From Blasia pusilla (lineage: Eukaryota): 64,000 nt of DNA. How positions within the stretch are numbered: position 1 is the first letter of the stretch; each line of letters starts with the position of its first letter. Position numbers and translations under genes: made by a program. This document shows, one piece after another, positions 25,891 to 38,079 of this stretch. The notes beneath the pieces are model-generated. The model was not told the origin of the DNA. It saw only the letters and a list, made by a program, of their open reading frames with translations, and did no database searches. The DNA lies in assembly GCA_050084515.1 (NCBI GenBank), contig CM114271.1, forward strand, positions 43,524,001 through 43,588,000, given 5' to 3'.

Positions 25891-26273
25891 CAAGATTTGT
25901 TCTAGTGATTGGTCAAACAGGTTGTGTTTGTCAATTGTTTTCAATTGGTATAAACCCACAACTAAAAACAAAACTCAATTCACGTATGACACAATTCATT
26001 TGTAATGGATTAATATTGAGATGGTAATATCAAATGTAAGATTAACTATGAAAGAGGGGCTTGAGCGCATCTATTTGTATTAGATCCAATTAATTGATAG
26101 GTAAGCAATGGATGATTATCTACACACAATGACATAGCTGTTGTTTTGAAATGTACAAATATGTTCTTAGCATAATTTTGAGCTCCTTTTTTTTAGTGAG
26201 CATTTTTTTTATTGATTGATAGTATTTGATACAATTAGTGGGTGTATGGGATAGGCTAGGGGGGTGATGTATT

Positions 26274-26433
26274 GGCATAATGAGTTTACACTCATTCAGG
26301 GGTTCAATTCTCTTGCATCACAGAGTTGGTTGTAGTGGATGTAGAGGCCAGACTATTGGGATGATGGACTGGTATAATGAGTTTACACTCATTCAAGGGT
26401 TCAATGACCTTGCATCAAAGAGTTGGCTGTTGT
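26274..26433. repeat. Imperfect direct repeat (~63-bp core, 97-bp period)
   Basis: GG(C/T)ATAATGAGTTTACACTCATTCA..GGTTCAAT...CTTGCATCA.AGAGTTGG at 26274 and 26371. Confidence 0.8.
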
Positions 26434-27533
26434 AACTAATAGTAGATATTTTCACCTATACCCTATTCATTAATATGGTTGCTAGAAATATTAAGAGCTT
26501 CTCTTTACTTCCAAAGGTTTTTCTATTCTTCTGAAAACTTTACTTGAAAAATTTAGGGATCCAAATTTATGGATTTTGGATATTTTTAAGTAAGAAAGGG
26601 GGAAACAAATTTGGGGACTTTAAAGTTAGAGGGTCCACACCCTAAAACGTCGCAGGTGATGAATAGGTCTACATATAGTGACCCCTCAAGGAGTTAAACC
26701 TTTATTATAAAAAATTTTAACAACTCAAGATAAAAGCTTCATAGGCTTATGATATGGGTCCCAATAGTGTAATCCATATTTGTATATTTTCTTGTTACAA
26801 AAGTTGTAACAATAGAATTAAATCTATTTTTGGTCACCTCAAAATAATAGAACTCTCTCACATGCTTTCTGAAATGATTGAAGTAGCCAATATGAAACAT
26901 CTCCCAATTTTGGGCAAGTCGTGGACTTCCAACATGAAGTTTGATGTTCAGCTTGTGCCACATACAAAATTTTACTCTTGCATTATAGTGCCCACAAACA
27001 ATACTCTTTACTATTCCCAATTGGTAATTCGGGTGAAAAATGACAAAGCTCTCTACTTTGGAGGTGGTGGACTTCTTGAAAGAGTCTATCTACCATTTCC
27101 TACACCTCCCCATCTCCAAATGGTATCTCGTCAATCTCTATTCCTTTGGCCTTAAAACCATAAGGAATATCGGAAATCTCCGAAGTGTACTTCCATTGCG
27201 TGCGGAATGGCCAGGTAACAAAATCTTACATATATCCTCATAAATGCAACTATATTCATATTCAATACTGATCAAGACTTTCCCTAGTTGTAGAAGTATT
27301 TCCTCAACCTCTATCCCAACCTTAACACTCCTTGGTCACAAGGACTTTGTCCCAAATCCTCTTTGTCTTCTCAACAGACTATACAAAAGACTCGAGAATC
27401 TGATTCTCTAAACGTTCTCCGTCATCTATCTCTATTGGACCACATTTCTTTGACACCTTTTTGCAAAATTTTATTTGATACAAAAAAAGGAAAAATTCAA
27501 TGATTGGGATCATGACCTAACATCTCTAATCAA

Positions 27534-27659
<126 letters not shown>

Positions 27660-27799
27660 ATCGCTTGTGATATAACCAAGGTGTCCAATCACTTGTCCAA
27701 TGATACAAACCATTTTTTGGCTCATGCTATTGTGCAACACTCACATTCTTGAACCCAATCTCGAGAACCCAATGTGCTCATCATTATAATGCTAGTTAA

Positions 27800-29808
27800 A
27801 GTTATCAGAATCAAGTACATATCAAGACTTCCGGCCCAATCATTCACACTTTTGAATATTCATGATTAGTTAAGGAAACATTCATGAGAGTTTGAAGTTA
27901 CCTAATCCTATAAAACAAGGATGAATAGTTCTAGCCTGACACTCTTTGTCTGCTCTCAAAAGTGCTCATTGCAAATATCCCACCTTGGCAAGTTTGCAAT
28001 TTGAACAAACAAATTGCACATCTTCATGACAGACTTTAGATATGGTGAATGTTGATCTTCTTATTCACCACTCTTTGAAGAAGTTTGAGAATCACTTCCT
28101 CATCATTGATTCATTCAATTCCTCTATAATCATTTAACTTTGTCTCCTTTGCAAGTTTGATCACCTCTTCTCTCCTCTCTCTGTTATCATCTTCCCCTTC
28201 CCCTTTAGTATCTTTATTGGCATATGGGTTACCTTCTTTTGGCTGACCAACTCACACTTCATATGAAGTGTGAAAATATTAGCTTGCAACTTCCAAATCT
28301 GCCCAATTCTAAATGCAAGCAGGAAAAATAGATTATACTTATGTATACTTTTTATGTCCCTAAAATCCAATTAGGAAGGAGACATGCATTCCTGCAAATT
28401 CATCACGAAGTTGAGGGGACTTTTATCTCTCCCTTCTCTGACAAAAATAGGTGATTTTCTTTTAGTTCTTTCGAAAATTTGCATATTCTTCTGGTACTCT
28501 TGGTCGATATTGTGTTCCCAAGCCAATATCTTTATCTCCTTATCTTCATCTTTATCTCCTCTCCTACGTGAAACCAAGACTTAACACCTAGAAAACTCCA
28601 TCTTTGCCTAAGCCTGAAAGAGATCCCTCTTCATCTGTGCACCATGATCCTCCCCCCCCCCCGCTCTTCTCCTTAAAATATAATATGTATATTTAACCAA
28701 TAGTGTGACATCCCACTTATCCTTCATTGGGAATTTAGTGTGGTTCACCAGAACAAAAAATGGAACGCTCAAAACATAAGGATTCTCTAACACGAGACTC
28801 TTTACATTCTCCAAATGGAACTGGCCGATTTGATGAATGATGTAATTCATGATCTTCTCATCATCTTTAGGAAAAAGGAATTGGTAAGTGCTCCCAGAGT
28901 TGAGTTCATTTGACAAAGATTCTCCTTGAAAATTTTTCCACCATAGCACAAATCTCCTATTTCTTCTCCCCCTTTTCTACTACACTAGTCACATGACTTA
29001 CATGATCCTCCTCATCAATATCGCTAGCCGAAGTGATCTGTCTTGAAAAACCTAGAGTCACAATAGGTATGGTCATCCAAGAAGACCCAAGGGTACTCTT
29101 CCTTGATGTCTTCTTTTTCTTTGATGACTCACTAAGTCTTTCAAAAGCTCCGCATGAGGGATTCATCGATGAAGATTTTTTGAAAATAATCTTTGAAGAG
29201 ACACCCTCCATCACCTTATTGATGATCTTCTTGTATGGTTTAAGAACCCCCTCAAATATTTGGTCTTGATAATATGCATTTTATTCAAGGAGCCAACTTT
29301 CCAAATATTTGATATCTCGGTGACATATCTCCTTCAAGTTGATGAACGTCCCAACTTTGTCATTACTTCTTTCTTGTATGACTTTCCAATTAAAGTTGTT
29401 GGAAGTAAACATAAAGTTTGAAAATCCCTCAAAGACAAGAAAAGTTAAAACTTTACTAAGACATCTTTCTTGTCCTTGTACTCTACCAACTCAAAGTCAA
29501 TGATTGTGCCAAATTTCTCCATTGGCTTCTTCTTCTTCTTCCTTGCCTCAATGAAGATACATGAAAAATTTATCTCATACTTGTCGTTTGTGGCATCCTT
29601 CGAGCCTAAATTATGGGTAAGAAGATTTTTTCTCTGCAACTAAATTTTCGTCATCCCAAAACTCAATGGTTGCCTTCTCGATCTTCTACAAGTGTGTTTT
29701 GAACAAAAGTGACAATTACTTAATCAAAACTTCATGAGCCTTCATGATGATGATCATCTTCTACATTAATTGCTAGTTATCCAAGTGAAATGAGTCTTCA
29801 TGATACCA
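27800..29808 (-). mobile_element. Degenerate LTR-retrotransposon 5' internal (gag-like) region
   Basis: TGATACCA at 29801-29808 reads TGGTATCA on the minus strand (tRNA-Met PBS-like) and is followed by broken Lys/Glu-rich reading frames. No diagnostic domain recognised. Confidence 0.35.
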
Positions 29809-30080
29809 ATCACTCTCCCATAAAAAACTCAATGAGTATCATGTCTCCTTGATCTCAATAACTCAACACCAAACACCTGAAAACTTCTCAACAAAATACA
29901 CTAATCGAGATATTTCCCGTTCATTATATCAAAAATTTAAGTGACGTAAAATAGTAAGACCGTGATGGTGTGATCTCAATTATCCCTTAAAAAAAACTAT
30001 TCAAGAAAATGATGATCTCATTCACAAGAGAAATATTTTTTGATCAAGATCAAAGGATGGCATATTGATGGTCGAGGGGA

Positions 30081-30350
30081 AAGTAATTGAGATCATGAAG
30101 TTCCACAATTGAGGCTAAAATTCTAGGCATATCTCGACATCATCTCTACAAATCTACCAGTAAGTGATTGGGATCATCGAGATCCACAATCTAGACTAGA
30201 ATTCAAGGCATGTCTTTATATTGAACCCAAAAATTGCTACGAGCAAGTAATTGGTATCAATGAGATCCACAACTAGGACTAAGATTCTAGGCACATCTCA
30301 ATATCAAATGTAACCCTTATAGGAGCAAGTGATCATGATCATGGAGTTTC
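30081..30350. repeat. Degenerate tandem repeat, ~82-bp period, three copies plus a partial fourth
   Basis: AAGT(A/G)ATTG..ATCA...AG.TCCACAA....CTA.AATTC.AGGCA at ~30081, 30162 and 30246, partial at 30327. Confidence 0.75.
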
Positions 30351-30412
30351 ATGATAGCTATCACTTTTCTTTGCAAGAGGAGATCATCAAAGAAACAATT
30401 TCTTGAAAACTT

Positions 30413-30623
30413 TAATTTGATGAAGAAAAGGTTTTTTAAATTGACTCTTAGTCATCCTCTATCAATTTTTTGAATATCTATGTGTGGAAGGAAGTTTTTG
30501 GATGTGGATGTCTATACTCTAATTTGATGAGGAAAAGTTTTGAAAAATTGACTCTTAGTCATTCTCTACAAATTTTTTGAATATCTATATGTGGGAGGAA
30601 GTTTTTGGATGTGGATGTGTATA
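30413..30623. repeat. Tandem duplication, ~107-bp unit x2
   Basis: TAATTTGATGA.GAAAAG...AATTGACTCTTAGTCAT...GGAAGTTTTTGGATGTGGATGT at 30413 and 30520. Confidence 0.9.
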
Positions 30624-31432
30624 GGAGAAAGTTGTATCTCAGAAAGTTTGTGTAGCAAGAACTCTCCGACGCCTTAAGGGAGTGGAAGGAAATGGGAAAA
30701 AAATTTAACTCTTTCTTCCCCTTTTCTAAGTTGAAATCTTGCCTAACCCTAGTTAATTAACTATACCAACCATAGTTTATTCATTTTACCATAGTAACTA
30801 AACTTTTCTAATTTTCCAAGATGTTGTTCTCTAATATAAGTTATATAAAGTTGGTTAATTCATCTAGTTAGAAACCACGCAATTATCTATAGAAACTCGT
30901 GTACATTGTTGCCCAAGTTTCTCATGCTCATGGGATTTGGATGGGTTTCGAGAAAGTGTGATGATTTTGATCATTGTGGATATAAAAGAATATTCACTTT
31001 TAAAATCTCCACTTACATATTGCATAATTCACCACATTTGGAGTCCGTTGATTGAAATCTCAAAATGTTCCCCGAAAATCCATATTTTCATAAGTGAATT
31101 CTGCCACATAATTGTTTTGTCAAGTTGAATGGCAACTTTCAACTTTTAGGCCAAATTTTTGGTTGATCATATTCATTGTTTATATAAGAAAACCATGTTT
31201 TTGAATTTCTATGAGTCAAAAAATAGTTGTTGAATGGGGTGGTGCTTCTTGTTCTTGGATATTGAAACTATTCTTTGTATTATGGAATTCTAAAAAAAGC
31301 TTCTAGAACTATAAGTCGCCTACTTGTATAAATTTATTGTCAACAATAGAATCATTGTTTCGAATATGGGATAGAAGTGTTCATGGAAAAGGGTAACATA
31401 GCTACGTGAGGGAGGTGATGGCTCCTTGACTC

Positions 31433-32310
31433 CTTAAAGGGAACTCTCCTATAATTTTATTTTGAGCAATGGAAAAATTGTTCTACATATAGAACATTAT
31501 TGTTCAATGGAGAAGCCTTACACATCCAAATAGGGGGTTGGGAAGACTATTCTCTAAGTTTTTGAAATGTGGAAGAACTATTTGCAATATGGAATATGAG
31601 TGCTCCAAGGAAGGATAACATTGTTACATGAGGAGGCGAGCGGGGAATGCGGATGGAGGGAATGCCTTCTCTCTTGAAAGGGAACTCTCCTGTAATTTTA
31701 TTTTGAATTTTGAAAAATGGTTCTGAGTATCACAAGTTTTTTTCAATGGAGAAGCCTTACACATCCAAATAAGGGTTTGGGAAGACTATTCTATAAGTTT
31801 CCGAACAATGGAAGAACTCTTTGTAGTATGGAATACGAGTGCTCATGGAAAGTGTAACATATCTATACAAGTTGGGGGTGAGGATTCTTCATCACCCTAA
31901 TAGAATCATGGTTGCATAAAAACGGACAAGTCCTTCCTTAGGACGGACATGGACGGACAAGTCTGGACATGTCCACTAACATGGGTTCCAAGAGGTGGAA
32001 CCCATACTTTTAGTCCATGATGGAAAGCAAGGCAAGGATGAGAGGAGCAATGAGGGAGGAGGGAGTGGAGGTGGAGGGAGGAAGAAATGGGGGAGTATGG
32101 AACACGAAGGCAAGTAAGGGGAATGAGAAAGAAGGGAGAGATGGGGCCCATATGGACAAGTCCTTCCATAGGACGGACATAAGTCCACGCACATGGACAT
32201 GTCCATGGACACGGACTTTGTCACATGCAACCTTGAATAGAACTCTCTTGTAAATTTATTTTGAAGAGTGAAACAACTTTTCTAAGTATGGGAAAATTAT
32301 TGTTCATAAG
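31433..32310. repeat. Tandem repeat, ~240-bp unit; third copy interrupted by a MITE
   Basis: AAAGGGAACTCTCCT.TAATTTTATTTTGA...TTCAATGGAGAAGCCTTACACATCCAAATA at ~31433 and ~31674. The third copy resumes at 32236. Confidence 0.8.
31907..32235. mobile_element. 329-bp hAT-type MITE
   Basis: TIRs CATGGTTGCAT / ATGCAACCTTG (1 mismatch), 8-bp TSD AATAGAAT / AATAGAAC and repeated subterminal GGAC motifs. Confidence 0.8.
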
Positions 32311-32799
32311 GAAATGGTCACATAAAGCGAAGATGCAAAAGGACATTGCATTGAAGGACATTGTGAAATAAAAGTGAAAAGTAGATAGAAAATCACATTC
32401 TTTTTCATATGAATTAAAGAAATGTAATCTTTTCCTTCATGGATAGTGTCTCTAGAGTTTCAGCATAAACTAAGGATGAGTCCTATGCCTAAACACAAAA
32501 CCCAACTACCTCATAGAAAGGCTCATGCTCGGTCCCAACATATCTCCCTAGACCTATGGAAGGACAAGAAAACTTCATGTTAAGAAAAGCTCAACCTAGT
32601 TGAGCAACAAGTTCATAAACATAAATGCAAAGATTGGCTTGGGGAATTGATTTAGAGCTAGAAGTTGGAAAGAGTGGGCATGGATGTGGCTCCAAGTTTG
32701 CTTTGCTTAATATAAGATCAAGTTGCAAAAAAGGAATATTACTATATAACTATAAGGTCATAATTTCTGGTGGAAAATGATACTAACACAGATTCATAA

Positions 32800-34560
32800 C
32801 AAGGTTGAACCTCAAAAGTATGTAAGTTCTTAACCTTCTTTGCTACCTTCTTCTTAGCCCTACTACAATGCATCGCCATTTGCTTCGGCTCAACCTCAAC
32901 CTCGTGCGCTCTCTACTACAAAATTCTCACCCTCAACCTTCCGGCTCTAGCCTTCTATGATTTTCCACTACAATAGAATCCATGGTTGCCTCCAATGATG
33001 ACTTCGCATTCTCAGTTGTTTCTTCCCCCATCTTGGTTGCACGTGCCCTAACTTTTTGCAGTTCTTGCTCCAAGGCGCCCTTCTCTGCTCTGATGTCTCA
33101 AGTGCCTTCTCCATGGTTACCTCTTCCTCTGCTTTCCAAGCCATGGCTACCCTCTTCTCCACATCTACTTTAAAACTTGTTCTACTTTGCCTCTGTGCTT
33201 CTTGGAAGGCACATTCCATTTCCTCTTCATTTGCAAAGAGCGAAAAGATAAAGAGAGAGAAAATAGCAAGAGGGAATGCAAAGCTATTTTGAAGCAATCA
33301 TAAGACAACTCAACTTTGTACACACATATTGAATCAGCAGAATACTTTGGGATTACCTAATGAACATGTAGTCAAGGCATCCTCAGTTTCTTTTGGATGA
33401 CTTCCTTTCTCTATCTCCTCTTCATCATCAAAACTATCAATGATCTCCTAGTTTCTATAGCCCTACATATCAAGAATGAAAAGGTATGCAATGATCTTCA
33501 TAAAAGGGAATTTTCCTACATTCTAGCTTTCTCCTCTAAAGTCCCTGGGTAGTTCTTCATGTAGGCCTCCACTATTCTCTTTTGGAACCCAACCAAGACA
33601 TCCTTCTTGTGGGTATCTTCCATGCATGGTAATCTCTAGTGGCAAGTGGTTGACAATACTACTCTGTCAACATATGCCTCTACGTGTCAAGGCATACTTA
33701 ACTCTTGATGTAATCCATATTCATGTTTGCTCAGGACTTCCTCTGAGGTCCTTCTCTCTATAGAGAGTGGAGGAAGAAAAACTTGGTAGCAAGACCAAGT
33801 GAAATAATCTTGGCCTAAACCAAACATGAAGGGTTGTTATAGCTACAACCCCTCGCATACAATATCAACTCCTAATGAATTTTGAGTTGCCATCAGGTTG
33901 AGGTTCTGCAAGAACTTAACTCTCAACTTTGTCACACCACTACTATACACATTCATCAATAAGGAAGAATTGAATGCTCTTGAGCATCTCATGCTCAAGA
34001 GTAAAATCAAACAAGGCTTCCCTAGAGTCTATACCAAACTCTTGGAAATACTACTCAATCAACTCAACTAAAAAATAGGAAGATGAGAGTGTGGAGCCCT
34101 TCCCAAGATGACAAAAACATTTGTGTGCCCTATCAAGAGCAACAACCTTTTCCCGTTATGCATACTCTTTCTTTTTATTTCCTTTCTAACTCTTCCAGTA
34201 AGCAAGCACATTCCCCTTAAAACAATCATAATGATTTGTCTAAGTGGTTGTAAAATATATCTAAGACTAGATCCAAGTGTTGAAATAAAAGTATTCCACC
34301 CCTTTTGTGCCAGTGTCTAGAGAATATACATACAAAATAAATAACAAGAATGAGAATTTTTGTATCTCCCGGTTGGCCACCCAATGTTTGCAAGATCTTC
34401 TCTCCCTTGGGCCAGATTTTTTTTTCGTCAACCCTCCCCCGCCCTAAGGGAGGTGATCTATTATCGGAAAAAGTTGATGTCGAGAGCGCAAATGCGCTTC
34501 CATCGCCAAATGATCTTGTTGTAAGTATCCACAATATGGAAGCTTACAATGGCAGTTTCT
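32800..34560 (-). other. Degenerate coding remnant with a coiled-coil C-terminus, probably transposon-derived
   Basis: Glu/Lys/Ala-rich fragments (EKRVAMAWKAEEEVTMEKALETSEQRRA) with stops and frameshifts. Family not recognised. Confidence 0.25.
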
Positions 34561-36073
34561 CAATCTATGCTTATGCATTTACCTAGATCTTTAGTGCATT
34601 GGAATTTACTTTGCATAAGCTTTCTAATCTCACCTTACTTATTCCAAACACACTTTTGGTTTAGAATGTTATGACCTAAAACACAGTGAAGCCCCAAACA
34701 CTAGTAAAGTTCCAATTCCTGTTCTCATCCTCTTTGGCAACCCACCCACTCTTCTCAAGTCTTGGTTCACGTTTGGTCGTGGTTTTCTGAATCAGGACCA
34801 TTAACACATGAAACGCTCAGCCTTTCTCATATCCCGCATCTCATGTCTCCTTCAAGAGACTTCTTTGACGTGCATCCATCCTAGCGTTCACATGAGCGTA
34901 CTAGAGTCTCAATATTTTGCATCGTCGCATGTTTAGTTATGAGGGTCGCGACATCAAAGGTGTGTCGGACTAAGGAAGACCTAACCTTTTCCTATCCTAA
35001 ACATCCATGTGCCTTTAATGTCAATGATTTCATGGTCATCAAATACATGGGCGATGTCGATTGCAATGGGAGGAGGATTTTTTTTTAAATGTTCTCCTGT
35101 AGTAAGCTAAGGGGAGAATGAAAAATTCTATGGAATTTTTATTTTTAAATTATTGGAATTTTTTCCTAACCTGTGTGATATTTTCCTTATTTTTCAGAAT
35201 TATTTTATTTTCTAATTTTTATGCAATTTTCCTAAGTCTCTCCTATTGATTATCCTTTCCAATTTCCCCAAAACATTTGATATCAATACTTTGGTTAGTT
35301 CATAAATCTTGTTTATATATCACGGTATTAAGTATGCTTTCAGTGGTATATATTAGAATCATTTTTTGAAAAAGAATAAAAAAATCTAGATAAATTTAAT
35401 TTAATATTTTTTTTAAATGGTATTATCACTAGCATATCATAATCTAGATATTTCTAGATGATTGCGTGTGACCTTCAAAAAATTAGCTTATTTTAAAAAA
35501 TCCAAAATTTTAATCAACGTGTTGTTTTCTCTGCCCACCAATTTTCAATGATATAAATTTGATGTTTTGCAATGATTACTCGGGAGGAATTTCCAATTTC
35601 TTTCCATTCCTCCAAAATATTTAAAAATAAAATTTGAAAACTTCTCAATTGGATATCTCTACAATTGAAATTTGACTTGGAATGTATTTGAATTGGAAGA
35701 AAATTTCTATGCCCTATAAATGGAAAACTCTCATGGTTGAAACTCGTGGTGTAATTTAAAAAACTCTCTTTCTAATAATTAAAAATACTAGAGAAATTAC
35801 ATGTGTGCGCACAAAATTTGAGTCAACTAATTATCTATGACTTCTGACCTAAAAAATTCCAAATCAATTTTAAACGATCTTGTTTGTTCAAAAATGAAAT
35901 GATTGTATTGGTTGAGAGGGCAAAGGATCCGCTTGATTGAAAGGGAGGGCCACATGAAAAGAAATGTTTGAAGGGGCACTCTCAAATAATCTATAATACA
36001 CTATTGGAGTCTGTCCATTCATTTTGCAAAAACCTATCTTCTTCTCCTATAGTTGGCATTTTCAATCAATAAA

Positions 36074-36218
36074 CTTGCCCCTAATAAATTTAAAATAGCA
36101 TTTGAAAACTTTGAGAATTAATTTGATCCCGGGTCCATCAATAGTCTTGCCCCTAATAAATTTTAAAATAGCATTTGAAAATTAATTTGAACCCGTGCCG
36201 TGCACGAGCTTACGCTAA
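36074..36218 (+). repeat. Short direct repeat ending in a Helitron-like 3' terminus
   Basis: CTTGCCCCTAATAAATTT(T)AAAATAGCATTTGAAAA at 36074 and 36146, then a CCCGTGC-CGT-GCACGAG hairpin and CTAA(T) (CTRR). Confidence 0.45.
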
Positions 36219-38079
36219 TAATATATATGATTACATACCATTTATACTCCTTGAACATGGTCTACCAGCAAAAGAAGGGCAATTTTCCAAAAACAATATA
36301 AGTGACCAGATATCATTTAGACTGCAAAATTTTGTTCATGCTCTACTGGCAAGCAATCTTCCGCGTTAGAGACGTTTAACATATTAATTTCGATACTCCA
36401 ACTCTAGTTGACACGATCGCTGCTGTAGTTTTTTTTCTTTTAGTGTAACCCATACGTTTCGTTTGGGGTGTATTTTCTTCACTCTCCTCGTGCACATGGA
36501 ATGGTTAGGTTATCCAAAGTAAAAAGATTGTCCACATTTCAAAAAGGCTATCATCCAAAGTAAAAATAATCTTGCTGGTAGTCCAAAGGAATTTCACCCT
36601 TTACTTAAATATCGATAGAGGTACTACGACAACTGTTCTTTGTCAAACCTTTAGGCCTAAGAGTAAGTCTTATGTTAGGAAGTTTAAGCGTACACATCCA
36701 GCAATCAGGAATAAATGATCCCCGTACACATCCAAGAAGGATCTACTCAGACAATCCAGGGTTGGCAGCAAAAATTTTGTGGGTTGTCCGAACTTGTTGA
36801 ATAAGTGGCCTTCAAAAGTGTTGGGTTTTAAATATGCCACCTGCATCTGCCGTGCCTCAATGCAACTTATAAAGCCACAATTGCCAATTAGACTGCGATT
36901 GGGATAGAAAGATCATGACATGACCATCCCTGGGCACAAAAGCTCTCTCAAGGCCACATCAGGAGATGTAGTGATGGACTAGAACAACATTTAAAACATT
37001 CCACTGATGGGACCTGAGTGAAAGCAGAACCTGACATATGCTGGGTATTGCAGCTTAAGCACTGGCCTCTTCTCTTGTACGGTTTCTATTGCCATTCATT
37101 AAGTGTACGTATACAGCCCTTGCAAGGGTAAACTCAACTCATCACACCCACTGCCTTTGGCCCACAAAAGGGTGTGAGAAAAAATTGAATCGCAGGTCAA
37201 AACTGGACCGGCATCACATCCTTCCTTCTGTAATTACGCAGGATGATCATGGCCTAAACCTCTGCAGAGCGCTGGTTTTTTATTACTAAATCACCTCCCC
37301 ACTTGAATGAGTAGTTGGTCCGAAATGGACATGTTACTCCACGTGAAGACCCCTGATCATTGATTCTTCCCCAACTTTCCTACGAAATTCCTCCTTGAAG
37401 GTTATGAAGAAATTGATATGCCGCGCACAGTTCAAATTAATGACGTCAACTAGCAACTAGCAATGACTTGTCTGGTATAGTCAGGACTGATGAGCGCTTC
37501 ATGTGGCTGAATGTACCATGTGCACAGGGGCAGCAGAATGTTACCAATCTTGAATTCCAACCACTGTTTGAACTCGCCATTTTCCAGAGTGAACCACCGA
37601 CTCAATAAGTTGGGCAATTGCCAATTCCAGACTGCCTGCAGCACACATAACCAGACAAATTGTTGGAAGTTGTGCTGGTGGCATGATTACAGGAGTTTAA
37701 AACCTACTTACGAATCAACCAGACAGCTAGTTTCACTGGATACCCAAGGGAAATAAGAACAATGTACCGTGAATCATCCGTCTTTACCAAGTATGTGGGA
37801 TCTCAAAGGTGGAATTTGCTTTTGAGCAAAATGCAGAACTGCCCTTAGAGTGTGATGGCTCAATGACTACCTGATATAAAGTAGCACAAAAGTCAGAACT
37901 GCACAAGCTGTAATAACATAACACGAAGAGTCGCTTTCAAAGTCAATGAAATCCTTGCAACACAAGTATTTGCCCATCTACTATGTAATTGTAGGCTGAG
38001 GTCCAAATAAACCTGATGTAGACCAGCGACGAGAAAGTAACCAGCCAGTTGCCAGCGGTCCAGACAGTAGCACATTCCC

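Larger units (their letters stand above)
15300..25907 (+). mobile_element. CACTA (En/Spm) DNA transposon, decayed, left end missing
   Basis: Contains TnpD-like and second-ORF fragments. The right TIR TTTGTTCTAGTG (reverse complement CACTAGAACAAA) ends at 25907, after dense ATGACT/AGTCAT subterminal repeats. Confidence 0.9.

Noticed and set aside
26739-27480. Minus-strand coding-like stretch
   Set aside because: Multiple stops and no recognisable motif, so I cannot support a call.
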